A stretch of 64,000 nucleotides of DNA, from positions 160,001 through 224,000 of the forward strand of contig CAXNJO010000003.1 of NCBI GenBank assembly GCA_964202905.1. Direction: 5' to 3'. Of this stretch, positions 11,380 to 20,996 are shown one piece after another. The notes beneath the pieces were generated by a model. The model was not told the origin of the DNA and made no database searches. It saw nothing but the letters and a program-made list of their open reading frames with translations. Position numbers and translations under genes: made by a program. The first letter of the stretch is position 1; every line of letters begins with the position of its first letter. The DNA comes from Polyangiales bacterium. GTDB taxonomy: Bacteria; Myxococcota_A; Polyangia; Polyangiales; JADJQN01.

Positions 11380-12741
11380 GTGGCGAGCCGCGCACGACGC
11401 CGCGTCACGCGTTCGCCGGTCCGCGGGGCGCCGCCGCGGCGGACGCTTGCGTGCGGGGCCGCGCGCCGCACACCCTGCGGCGTGCGCGCGCTCCGTACCC
11501 TCGCGCGTCGACCGGGCGCACTGCTCGGACTCGGCGCCGCCCTCACCGCTGCGGTGCCCGCCTGCGCGTGCGGGCTCGGCTTCGCGCTCGTGCCGCTGAT
11601 CGGCGCGGCGCTCCTGCGCACCGCCCTCGACGCCGCGACGCCGCCCGACGCACCGACGCTCGCCTCCCCGCGCGCGCCGCTCCGCGTCGGCCCGGTCGCG
11701 CTGTTCTTCGCGCTGCCCGCGCTCGCGAGCGCGACGGCGATCGGCCTCTGCGCCGCCCTCGAAGCCCACGCCGGCGTCCCGCCCGAGGTGCTCGCGGGGA
11801 GCCCGCTTCCCCTCGTCGCAGGGCTCGCCGCGATCGCCGTGACGGGCCTCTGTGCCGGGCCGCTTGCGCTCGCCGCCTGCGCGGCCCAGGTCGGCCCCCG
11901 CACGCCCGGCGCCGCTCGCGCGCGGGGTGACGCCGCCCTCGCGCGCCGCGTCGCGCCCGCCTGCGCCGCGATCCCCACGCTGCTCGCCGCCCCCCTCGCG
12001 ACCCTCGCCACGGGTGGGCTCGGCCCGTCGCGCGTCGGCGCCACGCTCGCCGTCGCCGCGCTCGCCGCGGTGGGCGTCCCCCTCGCCTTCTGCGAGCTCG
12101 CCGCGTCGTTCGAGCACGCCCGGCTCGCGGGCGCGCGCGACGCCGACGCCCCGCGCCCCGACCTCGTCGACGCACCCGAGCCCGCCGCGCGCGCGCTCGA
12201 CGCCGCGACCGCGCTCCTCGTCGTCGTCGCGGGCGCGCTCACGCTCGCGGCGCTGCTGAGTCCGTCGCACCTGACCCTGCGCGCGCATGACGCCACGACG
12301 CTGCCCGGGCCCCTCCTCGCGCTCGACGCCCACCCCACGGTCCGCGGCACCACGGTGCGCCTCACGCCCGCCGCAGAGGGCGTCGTCGTGTCCGTCGCGG
12401 ACGGCGGCGGCGCCGGCTGGATCGCCGGTCTCGCGGCGCCGCGCGCCTACCGCACCGCGCCGCGCCCCGCGCTGTGCCCCACCTGCTTCGAGCTCGAGCT
12501 GCACGGCCCCGCAGGGAGCGCACGGACGCTCCTCGACGCGGCCGGCGTGCGGCACGACGACGGCCCCGCGGCACGCCTCGCGCGCAACCCGGGTCCGTGG
12601 GGCGCTGCGGCCCTCGGCCTCGCGATCGGGGGGACGCTGCTCGGCGCACGACGCGCGCCCCGACGCCGGGCAACCCAGCGCGCGTCCGCGGCAGCATGGC
12701 TCGTCGCCGCGCTCACGCTCGCGCGCGGTCTAATCGACTGA
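11380..12741 (+). CDS. Hypothetical multi-pass membrane protein
   Basis: Ala/Leu-rich hydrophobic segments with host-like codon usage; fills the gap between flanking genes; start uncertain. Confidence 0.55.
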   Translation: MASRARRRVTRSPVRGAPPRRTLACGAARRTPCGVRALRTLARRPGALLGLGAALTAAVPACACGLGFALVPLIGAALLRTALDAATPPDAPTLASPRAPLRVGPVALFFALPALASATAIGLCAALEAHAGVPPEVLAGSPLPLVAGLAAIAVTGLCAGPLALAACAAQVGPRTPGAARARGDAALARRVAPACAAIPTLLAAPLATLATGGLGPSRVGATLAVAALAAVGVPLAFCELAASFEHARLAGARDADAPRPDLVDAPEPAARALDAATALLVVVAGALTLAALLSPSHLTLRAHDATTLPGPLLALDAHPTVRGTTVRLTPAAEGVVVSVADGGGAGWIAGLAAPRAYRTAPRPALCPTCFELELHGPAGSARTLLDAAGVRHDDGPAARLARNPGPWGAAALGLAIGGTLLGARRAPRRRATQRASAAAWLVAALTLARGLID

Positions 12742-12819
12742 ACCACCATTCAGCGCGTCGCGCTCGACGCCGCGCACCGCCGCGCTTCCGCGCCACGCGC
12801 AGCGGCGCCGCGACGTGCC

Positions 12820-13629
12820 TCAGCGCAGCGCCGCGCGCAGCCGATCCGTCCTGCCGTCGAGCACGCGCCGCACCGTGGTGACCTGCGCGCAGACCTGCCC
12901 GTCGACGCCGAGGACGCGGTGCGCGACGACGAGATCGCCCGCCGCCGTCGTCCCCGCGAGGCGCGACTCCACGCGCACCTCGACGTCGGCCACGACCCCG
13001 GCGCGGAAGGTCGCGCTCTCCGCGACGGGGACGATCGCCGCGGGCGAGAGCCCCGCGCCCGCGGCCACGCAGGCGAGCGCCTCGTCCGCGAAGTCGACGT
13101 ACATCGGGTGGTTCACGTGCGCGAGCGGGTCCATCCACAGATGCCAGCAGCGGAACTGCAGCGCGTGCGTGCGCGGGTCCGCCTCGGGCGCGGCGATCGC
13201 GGGCAGCGACACCGAGGGCTCCCCGCCCGCGTGCACGGGGAAGGCGTCGGAGAGCGTGCGCGGCGCCCGCGAGGGCGAGAGATCGGCGGCGACGTGCACC
13301 CACTCCTGCGTCGCCGAGCACACCGGCCCGTCCGCGGCCTCGAGGCGCACCTCGCGCGTCGAGAACATCTCGCGGCGCACCCGCCCGATCCAGGTGCGCG
13401 CGCGGAGCGGCTCGCCGTACGACGTCTCGCGGTGATGAAGCGCCGTCATGGTGCGGACGATGAACGACGTCCCCTCGTCGCGATAGCGCCCCGGCGGCCA
13501 ACCGACGCGCGTCGACTCCCACACCGCGACGTCCTGACACGCGCGCCAGAGATCGGCGGCGCGCGCGGCCTCGCGGGGCGAGAACGCGTTGCGCGGCAGC
13601 GTGAGCGTGAACTCCCCGAGCGACGACAT
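12820..13629 (-). CDS. Acyl-ACP/acyl-CoA thioesterase (double hotdog fold)
   Basis: DLWRACQDVA, TQEWVHV, and the thioesterase-type motif MDPLAHVNHPMY. Confidence 0.8.
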   Translation of the reverse strand: MSSLGEFTLTLPRNAFSPREAARAADLWRACQDVAVWESTRVGWPPGRYRDEGTSFIVRTMTALHHRETSYGEPLRARTWIGRVRREMFSTREVRLEAADGPVCSATQEWVHVAADLSPSRAPRTLSDAFPVHAGGEPSVSLPAIAAPEADPRTHALQFRCWHLWMDPLAHVNHPMYVDFADEALACVAAGAGLSPAAIVPVAESATFRAGVVADVEVRVESRLAGTTAAGDLVVAHRVLGVDGQVCAQVTTVRRVLDGRTDRLRAALR

Positions 13630-13687
13630 GGCGCCGACTACAGCACCGATCGCGCGCGCACGCCGAGACTTCGTGCGCGCGGCGCGG

Positions 13688-13996
13688 TCAGACGCGCGCG
13701 AGCAGCGCCTCGAGCTCCGAGAGCGCGTGATCGTCGCCGGCTGCGCGGGCGCGGGCGACGCCCCGCTCGGCGTGCACGCGCGCGGCAGGCGCATCGCCGA
13801 CCTCGAGCGCGAGCTGCGCGGCCATCAGGTACGTCGGCACGTAGGCGGGGAAGTCGGCCGCGACGCCGTCGAAGGCCGAGCGCGCGTCGGCGACGCGCCC
13901 GAGCGAGCGCAACTCCATCGCGCGCGCGTAGTGGTGGAAGGGCTCGCGCGACCCGGACGCGATCACCTTCTCGATCATCTCGAGGCGCTTGCTCAT
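13688..13996 (-). CDS. Small tetratricopeptide-repeat protein
   Basis: PFHHYARAMELRSLG..A..F......P.YVPTYLMAAQL pattern; 102 aa. Confidence 0.75.
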   Translation of the reverse strand: MSKRLEMIEKVIASGSREPFHHYARAMELRSLGRVADARSAFDGVAADFPAYVPTYLMAAQLALEVGDAPAARVHAERGVARARAAGDDHALSELEALLARV

Positions 13997-14066
13997 GGCG
14001 TGCGCGAATGCTGGTCGCGGACACCGTGGCGCGCAAGCGCGTGCGCGCGTCCGTGCGCCCTGGGGA

Positions 14067-14597
14067 TCACGCGCCCGGCTCGAGCACGCCGAGGTACGGG
14101 AGGTTCCGGTAGTGCTCGGCGTAGTCGAGGCCGTAACCGATCACGAAGACGTCGTCGATCGTGAAGCCGAGGTAGTCGATCTTCACCGGGACGCGCGTGC
14201 GCGCGGGCTTGTGGAGCAGCGACGCGAGCCGCACCGAGCGCGGCCTGCGCGTCTCGAGGTTCTCGAGGAGGTAGGTCATCGTCAGCCCGGTGTCGACGAT
14301 GTCCTCGACGACGATGACGTCCTTGCCCTCGATCGAGCGCGAGAGGTCGCTCGTGATCTGCACGACGCCCGACGTCTCCGTGCCGTCGCCGTAGCTGCGG
14401 AGCGCGAGGAAGTCGATCGAGAGGGGCAGGTCGATCGCGCGGACGAGGTCCGACGCGAACACGAAGCTGCCCTTGAGCACGCCGATGACGACGACGTCCC
14501 CGCCCTGCAGATCGGCGGTGATCTGCGCCCCGAGCTCGCGGGTTCGCCGCTGGATCGTCTCTGCGTCGATGAGTGTGCGGACCGTGGCGTTCTTCAT
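14067..14597 (-). CDS. hpt: Hypoxanthine phosphoribosyltransferase
   Basis: GVLKGSFVF, VIVVEDIVDTGLT, FVIGYGLDY..YRNLPY. Confidence 0.96.
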   Translation of the reverse strand: MKNATVRTLIDAETIQRRTRELGAQITADLQGGDVVVIGVLKGSFVFASDLVRAIDLPLSIDFLALRSYGDGTETSGVVQITSDLSRSIEGKDVIVVEDIVDTGLTMTYLLENLETRRPRSVRLASLLHKPARTRVPVKIDYLGFTIDDVFVIGYGLDYAEHYRNLPYLGVLEPGA

Positions 14598-14659
14598 GCT
14601 GTTCCCCTCGGGCGACCCGCCCGCGCTGACTGCGAACTCCCTGCGAACCCACCGCGAAC

Positions 14660-15187
14660 TCATGGCTGCGCGGGCACCTCGCGGCCCCCGCAGCGCCCAC
14701 CCCCGGACGCGGTGAGCGCGACCGCCTGCTCGAACGCGAGCGACACCTCGACGCCGAGCGCCGCGAGCTGCTCGCGCAGGTCCACGAGCGCGAGCGCGAG
14801 GCACGGCACGAGCGCGTGCCACGCAGCGGCGCCGCCCTCGTCCTCCGCCCAGAGATCGAGCGCGCGCCCCGAGCCCTCGACGAGCCGATCGGCCTCGCCG
14901 AGCGTGCGGCGGAGCGCGGTGAGCCGCGCCGCGCCATCGGGCTGCGCGAGGCGAACGGTGGCCTCTCCGCCGAGGCCGTCCGGGCCCTCCGCGAGGCGCG
15001 CGTCGAGGTCGGTCACCGCGCGGGTCGCGCTCGCGAGCGTGGTGCGCGCCGCGCCGAGCGCCGGGTCGCTGCCGCAGCCGATCACCCCGCCGAGGAGCGC
15101 CGCGAGGAGCGCCGCGCGCGGGGCCATGCGGCGCGCAGTGCGCGCGAGCGAGGCGAGCATCCCTGCGAAGTTCACTGCATGCATCAT
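14660..15187 (-). CDS. Hypothetical helical lipoprotein
   Basis: ATGA overlap with the FliR/SctT stop; lipobox-like VIGC after a hydrophobic stretch. Confidence 0.55.
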   Translation of the reverse strand: MMHAVNFAGMLASLARTARRMAPRAALLAALLGGVIGCGSDPALGAARTTLASATRAVTDLDARLAEGPDGLGGEATVRLAQPDGAARLTALRRTLGEADRLVEGSGRALDLWAEDEGGAAAWHALVPCLALALVDLREQLAALGVEVSLAFEQAVALTASGGGRCGGREVPAQP

Positions 15188-15990
15188 GGGACGGCGAGCC
15201 TCCCGACGAGCGCGCCCGCCGCGCTCACCGCGGCGCGGAACGCGGCGGGGAGCCGCTCGACCGCGAGCGACAGCGACAAGAGCACCGCGCCGAGCCCGAC
15301 CGCGGCGCGCAGCGGCATCCCCGCGAAGAACATCGGGATCTGCGGCGCCGCGCGCGCGATCAGCCCGAGCGCGACCTCCACGAGCACGATCGCGAGCGCC
15401 GCGGGCGCGGCGAGCGCCGCCGCGAAGGCGAGCGCGTCCCCGACGAGCCGCGCTGCGCCGAGGGCCGCCGCGCGCAGTCCGTCGACGTCCATCGTGCCGC
15501 CGACGGGCGCGCGCACGAGCCCCTCGGCGAAGGACGCGAGCGCGAGTCGGTGCCCGCCGAGCGTCACGAAGAGCGCGACGCCGAGCAGCGACGCGAGCGC
15601 CCCGAGCGGGCTCGCCCGCTCGCCGTCCGGCAGTCCGACCTCGCCCTGCCCGGCCCCACGCCACGCGTCCACGAGCCCGCCGAACCACCCGAGCGCGTGC
15701 AGCGGCAGCGCGGCGACCACCGCGAACACCGCACCCACGAGCGCCTCACGCACGGCCAGCCCCGCGAGGCCGAGCGCGCCGGGCAACGGTGGCGCGACGG
15801 ACGCCGCGAGCGGCTCGAGCGCGACGACGAGCGCGAGCGCGACGGCCGTGCGCAGCAGCGACGGCGCCGCGCGCACGGCGAAGAACGGCGTGAGCAGCAC
15901 GAGCGGCAGCACGCGCGCCGCGAGCAGCGCGCCGACCGCGAGGTGGCGCTGCGCCTCCGCCTCGCCGAGCACCGCGAGCAGCGTGTCCAT
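15184..15990 (-). CDS. Type III/flagellar export-gate protein, FliR/SctT (EscT/YscT) family
   Basis: PFF, REALVG, G.LVD.WRG, LF..LGGH, LGLIARAAPQIPMFF.GMPL; about 6 TM segments. Confidence 0.88.
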   Translation of the reverse strand: MDTLLAVLGEAEAQRHLAVGALLAARVLPLVLLTPFFAVRAAPSLLRTAVALALVVALEPLAASVAPPLPGALGLAGLAVREALVGAVFAVVAALPLHALGWFGGLVDAWRGAGQGEVGLPDGERASPLGALASLLGVALFVTLGGHRLALASFAEGLVRAPVGGTMDVDGLRAAALGAARLVGDALAFAAALAAPAALAIVLVEVALGLIARAAPQIPMFFAGMPLRAAVGLGAVLLSLSLAVERLPAAFRAAVSAAGALVGRLAVP

Positions 15991-16019
15991 CCGCTACGTC
16001 CGTCCCAGCGCGCGGCGCC

Positions 16020-16289
16020 TCATGGCACCCGGTGGGGGATCGCCCGCCAGAGCCTGTCCGTGAAGCGCACGATTTCGCCGCTCATCCATGTCCCGGTCGC
16101 CGAGAGCACGAGCGCGACGGCGACCAGCTTCGGCACGAAGGAGAGCGTCTGCTCCTGCACCTGCGTCACCGCCTGCAACAGCCCGAGCACGAGCCCGACG
16201 GCGAGCGCGACGACCAGCGCGGGCGCGGACACCAGCAGCACGAGATAGAGCGCCTCCGAAGCGAGGCGCGTGAGCTCCGCAGGCTCCAT
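16020..16289 (-). CDS. Type III/flagellar export-gate protein, FliQ/SctS (EscS/YscS) family
   Basis: 89 aa with signature LQAVTQVQEQTLSFVPKL. Confidence 0.93.
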   Translation of the reverse strand: MEPAELTRLASEALYLVLLVSAPALVVALAVGLVLGLLQAVTQVQEQTLSFVPKLVAVALVLSATGTWMSGEIVRFTDRLWRAIPHRVP

Positions 16290-16307
16290 CAGCGCGCGAC
16301 GCTATCA

Positions 16308-16323
16308 CGCACGTCTCTGGCCA
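16308..16323 (-). promoter_or_regulatory. Candidate sigma54 (-24/-12) promoter for the fliQ/fliR-like operon
   Basis: Minus strand reads TGGCCAGAGACGTGCG (GG-N10-GC), ending 18 nt before the ATG. Confidence 0.4.
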
Positions 16324-16353
16324 CAAAGCAGAGTCCGGCGATACTCGCTCGGC

Positions 16354-16938
16354 ATGCGCGTCCTCGTGACCGGCTTCGCGCCCTTCGGCGGACACACCGA
16401 GAACCCCTCGACGGCCATCGCGAAGGCGCTCGACGGCCTCACGCACGGCGCCGTGACCTTCGTCGCGCTCGCCCCCGTGCCCGTACGCTACGCGGAGGCC
16501 GCGCGCGCGGTGCTCGACGAGGCGCGCGCGACGGGCGCCGACGCGATCGTCGCCTTCGGCCTCGCCGCCAGCACGTCGCACGTCCGCGTCGAGCGGCGCG
16601 CGCACAACCACGCGCGCTCCGCCGAGCCCGACGCGGCGGGGCGCGTCTGCGCGGATCAGGAGGCCGAACCCGGCGGCATGCTCGCGCTCACGACGCCCTT
16701 CGACACGGAGGCCGTCGTCGCCGCGCTCCGCGACGCGGGGCTCGCCTGCGCGCCGTCGGACGACGCCGGCGGCTACGTCTGCAACGACCTCTACTACCGG
16801 CTGCTCGCCGCCGCACGGCGCGGCGAGGGCCCCGCGCACGTGCTCTTCGTGCACGTCCCCTCGGACGCCGACCGCCTCGCACCGCTGCCCGATGCGCTTG
16901 CCCGTGCGCTCGCGTCGGCCCTGCGGCGCGACCCGTGA
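16354..16938 (+). CDS. pcp: Pyroglutamyl-peptidase I (C15)
   Basis: MRVLVTGFAPFGG..ENPS, VERRAHN, SDDAGGYVCNDLYY, FVHVP. Confidence 0.92.
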   Translation: MRVLVTGFAPFGGHTENPSTAIAKALDGLTHGAVTFVALAPVPVRYAEAARAVLDEARATGADAIVAFGLAASTSHVRVERRAHNHARSAEPDAAGRVCADQEAEPGGMLALTTPFDTEAVVAALRDAGLACAPSDDAGGYVCNDLYYRLLAAARRGEGPAHVLFVHVPSDADRLAPLPDALARALASALRRDP

Positions 16939-16987
16939 TCCGCATCCGAAACCGTTGGAGCTCCAACAATTCGCGCGGGGCCGCGGC

Positions 16988-18650
16988 TCACCCGCCGGGC
17001 GAGAACACGACGGGGAAGGTGGCCTCGCCGCCCGCGGGGAAGTGCCAGCGCCGGACCTGACCCTCGAGGCACGTCGTGAGTTGCGCCGGGGCGCTCGGGC
17101 CCGTGACGCTCACGCGCGTGACGACACCGGAGCCGCCCACCGCCACCTCGACGTTCGCCCGCATCGTGTCGCTCGAGCCCGTCTGCCGCGCGGCCATCTC
17201 GTAGCAGTGCTGGAGGCCCGGCCGGTTGCGCTGGACGACCGCGCGGAGCTGGTCGGCGCTCAGCTCGGCGCCCTGCGGCCCGCCGCCGCTACCGCCGCTA
17301 GGCCGCGTCGGCGCCGCGAGGTTCGGAGCGGCCGCGCCGCCCCCCGTCATGCGGTCGATCTCCGCCTGCTCGGCCGCGCTGAGCGCGTGGGTTCCCGACG
17401 CCGAGCCGCTGGCCGCGCGCTTGGTGCCGCCGCGCTGCGCAACGGGCGCCTCAGGGGTCGGGATCGGCGCCTCGGGGAGCGGCGCGACGAGCGCTGCCGG
17501 GGGAGGCGTCGCCTCGGGGATCGCGATGGCCTGCTCGGGCGCGACAGGCGCCGCAATGGGGGCCGGCGGCGCGACCGCGGCCACGGCGGGCGCCGGCGGC
17601 GGCTGCAGCATGTTCTTCGCGACGAGCACGGCGAGCATCACGCCGAAGGCCATCGCGCCCGCGGCCGCGACCCACACGAACGGCGAGATCGGCGCGCGGC
17701 GACGGGGCGCCTCTTCGCGCACCGGTGGGGCGAAGGAAGGCCCCACCGACGCCGCCGGCGCGAGCGACGGCGACTCGAAGACGGGGGACGCCGCTGCCGC
17801 AGCGGGCGGCTCCGCGGGTGCGGCAGGCGCCGCGACCAACGCCGCGAGCGCGGCCGACTCGGGCGCGGAGGAGCGCGCCGCTTCGAGCGGGCTGCGCGCG
17901 ACCATCGTGGCCTCGGTCTCGTCGAACTCCTCGGGCCGTTCGTCGAACGCGGGCGCGGCCGCCGCGCCGAGTCGCCCGCCGATCGGGACGACGTTGGAGC
18001 GGGCCGCCACGGCCGGCGCCGCACGGCCGACAGCGGCCGCGCCGCCGAGCGACCGCGGCCGGCGCCACCGAGCGCGCGGCGGCGCCCTGAGCACCCGCCT
18101 TCGCGGGGCCGGGCAGCGCACGCCCCGCGGACGGCGCGAGCGGCCGCGCACCCGCGGGCGGCGCCGCCGGACGGCGAAGCAGCGGGGCCAACTCCGCGAC
18201 GTCTCTCACGGGGCGCCAATCGTCGAAGCCCTCGCGCCAGCACAGCGACTCGCCGTCGATGGCGCCCGCGGCGATCTTCCGGGCGATCTCCTCGCGCCGC
18301 ATCGGACCGACCGGGACCTCGTTGATCGCGACGTGCCACGCATCGACCGGCGCCGGCGCCGCGGGCTTCGGGGCCTCGGCCGCACCCGCGCTCATCTGTC
18401 GACGGAAGTCCGCACCCAGCGCCGAGCCCGCCGCGCGGGGTCCCGCGGTACGGGCCGCCGGCGCCGCCGTCTCCGCCGTGCGAGCCCCGCCTGCGCGCGG
18501 CTCAGCGGCTTCTGCCCCCGCCGCATCGACGTCGCCCTTGACCACGATCTCGTGCTCGCAGCGCCGGCACTTCATCCGGAGCGTGCGCCCGTCGATCTTG
18601 TCGTCGGCGATCTGGTACTTCGCCTTGCACTGCGGGCAGAGGAACTTCAT
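16988..18650 (-). CDS. GltJ/AgmX-like gliding motility protein (zinc ribbon, GYF_2, Pro/Ala linker, TM, AgmX/TonB-C-like domain); frameshift(s) at ~18050-18170
   Basis: N-half MKFLCPQC..Y.IAD.K..CRRC and WHVAINEVPVGP..WREGFDDW; C-half in another frame with a TM and LQHCYE..CLEGQVRRWHFP..FPVVF. Confidence 0.75.
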
Positions 18651-18719
18651 TCGACCTCGGTCGGCGACTTGGGCTTCCGCACCAGCGCGCGCTGGCCCGG
18701 GGGGTGAAGCGTCCCCTCC

Positions 18720-20336
18720 TTAGAACAGGCTGAGGAGGTGGTCTTGGATTCCGCGTTTCGTCTCGTCGTCGGGCGAGGCACCGAGCGCCCTCTCCCACAC
18801 GTCCATGGCCTGATGTCTGAAACCGGCCCGCTGATAGAGCACCGCGAGGTTCTTCAGTGCGGGGAAGCTCCGGGGAGCGAGCCGCACGGCAGTCTCGAGC
18901 GCTTGGATCGCCTCGAACACCGATGCATCGGACTTACCGTAGAGCAGTCCGAGGTGATAGTGGAGACGAAAAGCGCGGGGGTCGATGGCGACGCCGCGCT
19001 CCAATTGCGCGATCGCCCGCGGCAGGTCGCCGGCCTTGAAGGCCTCCATGCCGGCGGCGAGCGCGGCGTGCGCCTCGTGCGAGATCGCGTCCGCGTCGGC
19101 GCCGTCCGCGCCCCGCCCGTCGAGGCAGCGCTCGATCGCGGCGAGCACCTCACCGACGGCGAACGGCTTCTCGAGGAAGGCCTGCACACCCCAGGATTCG
19201 CGGAGATCCTCGGCGAAGCGCCAGCCGCGATGGACCGCGCTCACCACGAGGATCGGCACCTGCCCGTAGCGCTGGCTGGCCTTGACGCGGCGGCACAGCT
19301 CGAGCGCGTGGACGTCGGGCAGCGTCGCGTCGATGATGAGCACGTCCGGCACCGCGGCGCGCAGGGCCGCGATCCCATCGGCGCCGCTCGCCGCTTCCGA
19401 CGCCGCATACCCGCGCTCGCCGAGCGCCCGCGCGACGACGCGCCGCACCCCCTCGTCCGCGTCGATCATCAGCACGCGCACGTCGGCGCGCACGGACGCG
19501 CTCGGGCGTGTCGGCAGCGGCGCGACGCGCGACTCGAAGACGGGATCGAGCGGCGGCGCCGGCTCCGCGTCGTCGTCCATCACGTCGGCGAACGAGAACT
19601 CCGCGAGGTCATCGGCCGCGGGCGCCAGGCCCCCCAACGACGGGCCACCCTTCGCCGAATCGCCCGTCGACGCGCCGCCCATCGAGGAACCGCCGGCCGA
19701 CGGCGCTCGGGGCGTCGGTGACACCCCCGAGACCTCCCCGCGGTCGGGGGCTTCGGTCCGCCCCGCCGTGGCGCCCTCCAGCGGACTCGGCGCGGGCTCG
19801 CGGTCCGCGAGGCCCACCTGCTCGAGGTAGTCCCGCGGCACGGCGGCCCCGATGTGGTGCGTCTCGCCGCGCTCGGCAGCGCGGTAGCAGACGTCGATGA
19901 GCTCCTGCAGCGCGTCGTGCAGCGCGACGTACGGGGAGATGCGGCGGCCGGTGACGAACTCGATCTCGTCGATCACGCGCCGATCGCTCGGGTCGGACAT
20001 CGCGAGGAAAATCTGCTCGTCGCGCGCGAGGAACGGCAGGATCCCATGCTGTTTCGCGATCTCGAGGGGGATCAGCGCGAGGTTCTCGAGCGGGACGACG
20101 ACCTGCGTGACGTCGATGCCGGGCACGCCGTGCTGCTCGGAGAGGGCGCGCAGGAGGTCGACCTCGGCCACGTGCCCCGAGGCCGCCGTGAGCGACGCGA
20201 GACGCGTGTCGGGCGACGCGCGCTGGGCCTCGAGCAAACCGTCGAGCATGGACGCGCTCACCAGCCGCTGCTGCAGCAGGATCCGGCCGAGCTGTTTCTT
20301 CTCACCCGCGCCGGTCACGTCCGCCTCGGCGCGCAT
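18720..20336 (-). CDS. MshEN/T2SSE_N domain, receiver domain and TPR protein
   Basis: QLGRILL..L..Q and RL..G.V...LL.ALSEQ repeats, AMSDP, IEFVTG; receiver PDVLIID..LP..ILVVSA..EKPF; C-terminal TPRs. Confidence 0.82.
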   Translation of the reverse strand: MRAEADVTGAGEKKQLGRILLQQRLVSASMLDGLLEAQRASPDTRLASLTAASGHVAEVDLLRALSEQHGVPGIDVTQVVVPLENLALIPLEIAKQHGILPFLARDEQIFLAMSDPSDRRVIDEIEFVTGRRISPYVALHDALQELIDVCYRAAERGETHHIGAAVPRDYLEQVGLADREPAPSPLEGATAGRTEAPDRGEVSGVSPTPRAPSAGGSSMGGASTGDSAKGGPSLGGLAPAADDLAEFSFADVMDDDAEPAPPLDPVFESRVAPLPTRPSASVRADVRVLMIDADEGVRRVVARALGERGYAASEAASGADGIAALRAAVPDVLIIDATLPDVHALELCRRVKASQRYGQVPILVVSAVHRGWRFAEDLRESWGVQAFLEKPFAVGEVLAAIERCLDGRGADGADADAISHEAHAALAAGMEAFKAGDLPRAIAQLERGVAIDPRAFRLHYHLGLLYGKSDASVFEAIQALETAVRLAPRSFPALKNLAVLYQRAGFRHQAMDVWERALGASPDDETKRGIQDHLLSLF

Positions 20337-20391
20337 GCTATCCCGAGCAGCTGCACCGGTTCAACGCGAGACGCGCGTTTTCCGCGCGCGG

Positions 20392-20880
20392 CTACATGCC
20401 CGAGAGGATCAGGAACGAGTCACCCACGCGCTCGAGCACGACCCGTTGGTCGGAGAGCCGCCGCGACCAGTGGTGCCCGCCGTCGGACTCGCCCACGCGA
20501 AAGTTCCCGGTGTAGGTGACGTCGACGAGCACGTGGTCGTCGTGGAACGTCACCCGGCGGTAGCGGATCTCCAAGCGGACGTCCTCGATCGCGCCTTGGA
20601 GCGCCGCGATCTTCGTGCGCAGCGTCGCGAGGTCGATGTCGTCGTCGCCGGTCGTCGTGCCGTTGTGGTCGAGGTAGCGGGGCGAGGCGAGCGCGAGCAG
20701 CTTGCGCACGTCGCGGGCCTCCAGCGCGTGGCGGTACGACTCGACGAAGGCGACGACGTCGCGGTTGCGCGCGGTGTCCTCGACGTCGGTGTTCGGGATG
20801 AGCATCGCGCCACAGCCCGTCGCGAGCAGGGCGGTCAGGGCGACGAGGGAAAGGCGCAGGCGCGAGGCGGTCTTCGGCAT
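20392..20880 (-). CDS. NTF2/DUF4440-like lipoprotein
   Basis: Lipobox ATGC; FVESYRHALEARD...LLALASPRY; C-terminus FLILSGM. Confidence 0.65.
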   Translation of the reverse strand: MPKTASRLRLSLVALTALLATGCGAMLIPNTDVEDTARNRDVVAFVESYRHALEARDVRKLLALASPRYLDHNGTTTGDDDIDLATLRTKIAALQGAIEDVRLEIRYRRVTFHDDHVLVDVTYTGNFRVGESDGGHHWSRRLSDQRVVLERVGDSFLILSGM

Positions 20881-20996
20881 CGGGGGTACTCGACGGTCGA
20901 CGCACCCGCGGTTATTCCCGCGGCGTCGCCGGGGCGTGATTGTCCACGCCGCCGCACGCTCGGCAACCCGCGACCGCACGCCGCGCGGCGTCGGGG

